Below, piece after piece: positions 63,981 to 64,000 of a stretch of DNA of 64,000 nucleotides. A program made the position numbers and the translations under genes. The notes under the pieces are model-generated. The model saw only the letters and a list, made by a program, of their open reading frames with translations, did no database searches and was not told the origin of the DNA. Origin of the DNA: Fibrobacter sp. (GTDB lineage: Bacteria; Fibrobacterota; Fibrobacteria; Fibrobacterales; Fibrobacteraceae); NCBI GenBank assembly GCA_045597545.1, contig JAZLKH010000011.1:1284-65283 (forward strand). Reading direction: 5' to 3'. Positions within the stretch are counted from its first letter, which is position 1, and every line of letters begins with the position of its first letter.

Positions 63981-64000
63981 TCCTGCAGCGACCTACTCTC
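63981..64000 (-). rRNA. rrf: 5S rRNA 3' end (truncated by window edge)
   Basis: Reverse complement GAGAGTAGGTCGCTGCAGGA matches the conserved 5S 3' terminus, followed by a strong terminator. Confidence 0.8.

Overview
Fibrobacter-type chromosomal window (inferred from a TIGR02147 gene, FISUMP/Fib_succ_major lipoproteins and Fibrobacter-style signal peptides). Core-like genes are interspersed: PorV-like barrel, phosphomannomutase, rsmA, xpt plus xanthine permease, a chromate-transporter pair, a DAACS symporter, sbcCD and the 3' end of a 5S rRNA at the right edge. From about 23 to 61 kb an accessory and defence-rich tract holds lipoproteins, two AAA+/PD-(D/E)xK genes, an HTH plus OLD-like ABC-TOPRIM gene, an orphan HicA-like gene directly before a prokaryotic viperin, and a PARIS-like AriA/AriB pair. 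The most notable unexplained structures are: (1) two tandem, covarying stem-loop units directly upstream of a 613-aa alpha-helical (possibly ROT/TROVE-like) plus TerD protein, suggesting a Y-RNA-like ribonucleoprotein system; (2) a structured RNA motif present twice (about 8.5 kb and 51.5 kb); (3) a phased array of 43-bp palindromes upstream of a restriction-endonuclease-like gene; (4) two shared promoter architectures; (5) an in-frame TGA at a conserved Trp codon. All family calls come from motif recognition by eye; no searches were run.
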